Origin: a candidate division WWE3 bacterium
GTDB taxonomy: Bacteria; Patescibacteriota; WWE3; UBA101185; UBA10185
Reading direction: 5' to 3'
Assembly (NCBI GenBank): GCA_052035175.1
Contig: JBPOHV010000001.1
Location: 297,569-361,568 of the forward strand
Length of the DNA: 64,000 bases
A program made the position numbers and the translations under genes. This document shows positions 60,012-64,000 of the stretch, in pieces; position 1 is the first letter of the stretch; the number at the start of each line of letters is the position of its first letter. The notes below the pieces were generated by a model, which had not been told where the DNA came from, ran no database searches, and worked only from the letters and a program-made list of their open reading frames with translations.

Positions 60012-61542
60012 ATATGTAATCTTGGTAATATTACTTGTTACAACTCTCATTTCTGTTACTCAGTTTGGAATGCTAGGTAAAGAGGAAGTAAACCCAGACG
60101 CCATAAATTGGCACCAAAGGTCAGAGCAATTTACAAATGGTCTAAAATATTTTCAATTTTCAAAAACTTATCAACATTATCATCCTGGTGTGACTTTGAT
60201 GTGGCTAGCTGGACCAGTTATAGAGGTAACAAAACAATATTTGGGTCAGGCATACTTGACATCAAACTTTTTAGTTTTTCATACAAATGTAAAATTAATG
60301 CTCGTTGTAGTTAATATGGCATTGCTGAGTTTTCTCACATACCTCATTTATAAACTTACAGAGTCGAAAGTAGCTATTGTCTTTTTGAGTTTGCTTCTTT
60401 TTGAACCATTTTTTATAGCGAATACACGTATGTTTCATATGGATGCATTGTTTACCTTGTTGTGTGCGTTAGCTTTATCTAGTTATTATCTTTGGTTTAT
60501 AAAGCAACAAGTTATAACATGGTGGCAAGTTGTGGTTACAGCCTTATTGTTTTCAACAGCTTTATTGACTCGCAGCTTAGGTATTGGCATATTACTATAT
60601 GTTATAGGGATTACTTGTGTACTTATATACACCAAGTACATTAAATTTCAAAAACAGCATATTGTTTTGTTGCTATCTGTGATTGCATTTACTTTTTTGC
60701 TTTTTCCTGCACTTTGGGTTGCACCTATAACAACAATATCTGACATATTTTCTGAATCAGCGCGTATAGGTTTGCGAGATGGCCATAATCAAATCTTTTT
60801 TGGTAAAGCCACAAATGATCCTGGCTTATTATTTTATCCATTAGTTATATTTATGCGTATGTCGCCTATAATACTTTTTGGTGCTCTGATTTATCTATTT
60901 GTCACTATAATATCAAGATTCAAATATCAAGCGTCGAAACATAATTATTTTATTATATATCTCACGCTGTTTTATTTAGGTTATTTTATAGTAATGTCTC
61001 TCTCTTCAAAAAAGCTCGATAGATATATGCTTACTATTTTTCCATTTATATCGCTATTATCTGCTTACGGTTATATATGGGAATTTGAAAAATTATTCCC
61101 CAGGTTTAAAAAGGCTGTATTTATCATAATTTGTGGAGTTATCTCTTTTGCAACTTTACAAGTTATAAACTATTACCCATATTATTATACTTATACATCT
61201 CCTTTATTTGGCTCACCTGTCAGTGCCAACTCTGTGATTGGCATAAAATCTTTTGGCATCGCTGTACCAGAATTGCGTGATTATCTTTTGCAAAGGTATG
61301 GGCAAGTAAGTTTTGGATTTATAGATACAAAACCAATGAGAGCGATTTATTCAAATTCAAAAGTAAAAGACATGCGTATATCTAGCAGTAGCGATTATGA
61401 AATTGCAGTGTTGGCTATAAATGAGGAGTTTCCTGCCAATGTAAATCAGACTGAATTCACGTTTATAAAAGACACATCTATAATAGTAAATGGTTTGGAA
61501 TATTGGAGGATATATGTCAAAGACTATACAATCAATAAATAA
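59977..61542 (+). CDS. GT-C-like membrane glycosyltransferase paralog A (YHPGVTLMWL motif)
   Basis: Multi-TM protein. It shares a W..RS..F...YQ.YHPGVTLMWL N-terminal loop motif with the CDS that starts at 63085. Confidence 0.5.
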   Translation: MADYFMRLIKNKYVILVILLVTTLISVTQFGMLGKEEVNPDAINWHQRSEQFTNGLKYFQFSKTYQHYHPGVTLMWLAGPVIEVTKQYLGQAYLTSNFLVFHTNVKLMLVVVNMALLSFLTYLIYKLTESKVAIVFLSLLLFEPFFIANTRMFHMDALFTLLCALALSSYYLWFIKQQVITWWQVVVTALLFSTALLTRSLGIGILLYVIGITCVLIYTKYIKFQKQHIVLLLSVIAFTFLLFPALWVAPITTISDIFSESARIGLRDGHNQIFFGKATNDPGLLFYPLVIFMRMSPIILFGALIYLFVTIISRFKYQASKHNYFIIYLTLFYLGYFIVMSLSSKKLDRYMLTIFPFISLLSAYGYIWEFEKLFPRFKKAVFIIICGVISFATLQVINYYPYYYTYTSPLFGSPVSANSVIGIKSFGIAVPELRDYLLQRYGQVSFGFIDTKPMRAIYSNSKVKDMRISSSSDYEIAVLAINEEFPANVNQTEFTFIKDTSIIVNGLEYWRIYVKDYTINK

Positions 61543-63088
61543 ACTTTTTACAAATCCCTTATTGTACATCTTTTTATTTGCACTTATTTTACGCCTTGTT
61601 GGTATAAATCACAGTTTACCTTTTGTTTTTCATCCAGATGAGCCTAGTGTTATACGCAGCGCGTTAGGTATCAGATTTGATAAAAACCCCGGGCACTTTG
61701 ATTGGCCGCATTTGTATTTCTATATTAATTACATTCTGTACATGCTTATTGCAAAATTTCGTGAGATTTTGTCTATATTAAATTTAAAAGAATCTTTTGA
61801 GTATTTTTGGAATGAACCTTCAATATTTTATTTAAGCACTCGGGTTGTTTCGGCTTTTATTGGTGCATTTACAATTTTTCCAATATTTTTTACTGGTAGA
61901 TATCTATTCTCAAAACGCGTTGGTCTGTTAGCTGCTTTTATATTTGCTACGATGCCGTTTCATGTTAGGCATTCTCACTATGCGTTAATAGATGTACCTA
62001 TGGTGTTTTTTTTGAGTTTTGCTATGTATTATTCTGCCAAGCTTTTAGTTCAAAAGAATTACAGTACATACATTTTGGCAGGTACATTTGTTGGACTAGC
62101 TGCTTCAACAAAATATAATGGTGGCCTGTCTGCTATCGCAGTTGTAATTGCACATTTATTTAGAACATTATCAGCAAAAGTAACAAGTGTTTATGATAGA
62201 TATCGCCTCAGGTCTTTTCTAAGCATACATATGTTTCCTTTATTTTTGGCTGGAATCTTTTCAATATTTGCATTTATTCTTTTTACGCCTTATGCAGTGT
62301 TAGATAACAAAGACTTTATCCGTACAGATAATGCTACTGGTGCTTTGTGGCAATTTACAAATGTTGGTTCTGTATCTTTAAGATCTTACCCGTCTCATTT
62401 ATCTCACACTTTGTTTTCTAAGTTACCAGCAGATATAGGATTGACTTATTGGTATATTTACTTTTTAGCCGCATTTTTTAGCTTGTACGGTGTACTTATT
62501 GCGCGAGTTATGAACGGCGTTGAAATAAAAGAGCAATCAAAAGTGCTATTTCTTGTAGTACCTTCGATTGTATTTATTTTATATATCTCAAAGTTTGATA
62601 CAGCAAGATCACATTATTTTATGATCGCGTATCCTTATGTTGCTATTTTATCTGCATATATGGTTTCCTTGCTTTTTGATGCTTTGCAGAAAAAGTCAAA
62701 GCTTTATGCGTATTGCTTAGCTATATTACTATTTTCAATTCCAGTATATTCAGCATGTCGTCAGTCATTAATTTTTTATAACGGTGATACACGAGCTGCT
62801 ATATACAAAGAGTTTTTTCCACGATTAACATTGAATAATACTCTTATATATACAGATGGTTCGCTTAATGAGATTGCGTATGCGTTGTCAAAAAATCCAT
62901 ATAAAGGAGTAGATTATGTCCAAACATTTGAGAAAGGCTATTTATTGGTTTTATATAATGTAAGCGCGCAAGAACTAATACAAACCCTACCGTGGGCAGA
63001 CGATTATGTTTTTAATTTAGAATCAGAGAAACCTGCTACACTTATGTTAGGCCCAAATGTAGCAATGTTTTCGTTTATAAAAAAATGA
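61514..63088 (+). CDS. GT-C membrane glycosyltransferase (ArnT/PMT family; start at MSKTIQS)
   Basis: HPDEPSVIRSALGI first-loop acidic motif with typical ArnT/PMT hydrophobic periodicity. Confidence 0.6.
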   Translation: MSKTIQSINKLFTNPLLYIFLFALILRLVGINHSLPFVFHPDEPSVIRSALGIRFDKNPGHFDWPHLYFYINYILYMLIAKFREILSILNLKESFEYFWNEPSIFYLSTRVVSAFIGAFTIFPIFFTGRYLFSKRVGLLAAFIFATMPFHVRHSHYALIDVPMVFFLSFAMYYSAKLLVQKNYSTYILAGTFVGLAASTKYNGGLSAIAVVIAHLFRTLSAKVTSVYDRYRLRSFLSIHMFPLFLAGIFSIFAFILFTPYAVLDNKDFIRTDNATGALWQFTNVGSVSLRSYPSHLSHTLFSKLPADIGLTYWYIYFLAAFFSLYGVLIARVMNGVEIKEQSKVLFLVVPSIVFILYISKFDTARSHYFMIAYPYVAILSAYMVSLLFDALQKKSKLYAYCLAILLFSIPVYSACRQSLIFYNGDTRAAIYKEFFPRLTLNNTLIYTDGSLNEIAYALSKNPYKGVDYVQTFEKGYLLVLYNVSAQELIQTLPWADDYVFNLESEKPATLMLGPNVAMFSFIKK

Positions 63089-64000
63089 ACTTAATAAAAA
63101 AGTTTTTGCAGTCTCATCTATATATCATCATATTAATCTCAGTTTTCTTTATATTCCATTTACCAAATCTTGGGCACGATTTCTTTAACACAGATGTTTG
63201 GAAGTGGAAGGCACGTAGCTATGATTTTGGTTCTGGTGTATTTAATCTTGATTTTGAACGAACTATCCAAAAGTATCACCCGGGTGTTACTTTGATGTGG
63301 CTTGGTGCTTTTGGAGTGAAAATAAATAATGTAATCTTAGATAACTTTGGTGCAGCATTTACTCAAGTACAGCAAATCTTTTTACTCGATTTTATACAGC
63401 GTTTTTTGATAATTGTTACTATATTTTGTTTAATTTATCTTTTGTATAAAAAGCTATCTTTTTTATTTAACCAAAAAATTGCTTTCTTGAGTGTTATTTT
63501 ACTCAGTATAGAGCCGTTTTATATCGCGCTTACTCGTGTTATGCATTTAGAAGGTTTGATGTCGACTTTTATGTTAGTTTCTGCGATATATCTGTTTAGT
63601 TATATATCTTCACACCAACAACAACCTCATACAAAAAAAACTGATTTGTATGTTTCTGCAATATTTGGTGCATTGGCGCTACTTACAAAAACTTCAGCAA
63701 TATATATAGTCTTATTTACATGCCTAAGCTTATTACTTTATATAGCCAAATCACCTTATACCTTACAAAAGTATAAGCAGCTATTTAAAGACTTTGGTAT
63801 TTGGTTTATTATTTGTGTTTTAACTGTTATAGCTTTGTGGCCTGGAATTTGGGTGAACCCATATTTGGTATTTCAAGTCTTGTTCAAAGGTATATACGAT
63901 GTTGGAATAGAAGGGGATCATATACAGTTTTATTTTGGAAAATTAGTAGATGACCCGGGTCTTACCTTTTATCCTGTTGTATTGTTCTTTAGAAGTTCGC
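63085..64000 (+). CDS. GT-C-like membrane glycosyltransferase paralog B, 3' partial (runs off the window end)
   Basis: IQKYHPGVTLMWLGAFG motif paralogous to 59977-61542. Multiple TM helices. Confidence 0.5.
   Translation, partial: MNLIKKFLQSHLYIIILISVFFIFHLPNLGHDFFNTDVWKWKARSYDFGSGVFNLDFERTIQKYHPGVTLMWLGAFGVKINNVILDNFGAAFTQVQQIFLLDFIQRFLIIVTIFCLIYLLYKKLSFLFNQKIAFLSVILLSIEPFYIALTRVMHLEGLMSTFMLVSAIYLFSYISSHQQQPHTKKTDLYVSAIFGALALLTKTSAIYIVLFTCLSLLLYIAKSPYTLQKYKQLFKDFGIWFIICVLTVIALWPGIWVNPYLVFQVLFKGIYDVGIEGDHIQFYFGKLVDDPGLTFYPVVLFFRSS

Noticed and set aside
1-64000. CRISPR arrays, rRNA genes, tRNA genes, and integrase or transposase genes
   Set aside because: No regularly spaced direct repeats, no GGTTCGA(A/T)TCC-type T-arm with CCA-compatible acceptor context, and no recombinase-like ORFs were seen. 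This was eyeballing only, so a tRNAscan or Infernal run could still find a small RNA.

Overview
This window looks like a low-GC, gene-dense bacterial chromosome segment dominated by core information-processing genes, with a strongly reduced Patescibacteria/CPR-like character. The lineage call is an inference from three things: L30 is absent between rpsE and rplO, rpoB/rpoC and several Mur enzymes are short or N-terminally rearranged, and FemAB-family and GT-C-rich glycan genes are present. Standard genetic code 11 is in use, because TGA serves as a stop (for example at the ybaB/adk ATGA overlap). The window contains seven parts, in order.

1. A short, GC-richer two-gene islet (about 289-1440) with duplicated 56-bp upstream elements and 5'-UTR hairpins.
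2. An accessory stretch (1525-5309) with an unknown 434-aa protein, a TasA/SipW-cognate-like secreted protein co-oriented with a RadC/JAB gene, and an XRE-HTH gene followed by a 269-aa putative HEPN-like gene.
3. A minus-strand ribosomal block, rpsI-rplM-rplQ-rpoA-rpsD-rpsK-rpsM-rpmJ-infA.
4. serS with a T-box-like leader, a SpeE-like gene, uppP, secA, a HAD hydrolase and YvcK.
5. A peptidoglycan precursor cluster: MurE-like, mraY, an alpha/beta hydrolase, membrane-anchored MurF, a DegT aminotransferase, FemAB and lepB.
6. rpoB-rpoC-rpsL-rpsG-fusA-tuf, then the S10-spc operon through secY-ybaB-adk.
7. A roughly 16-kb envelope-glycosylation locus (47685 to the window end) with three Dpm1-like GT2 enzymes (one fused to GtrA), three GT4 enzymes, a Wzx flippase, a UPF0104 protein, a DUF2079-like protein and four paralogous GT-C membrane glycosyltransferases.

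No CRISPR array, rRNA or convincing tRNA was seen. All functional calls rest on motif recognition by eye in the supplied translations; no database search was run.
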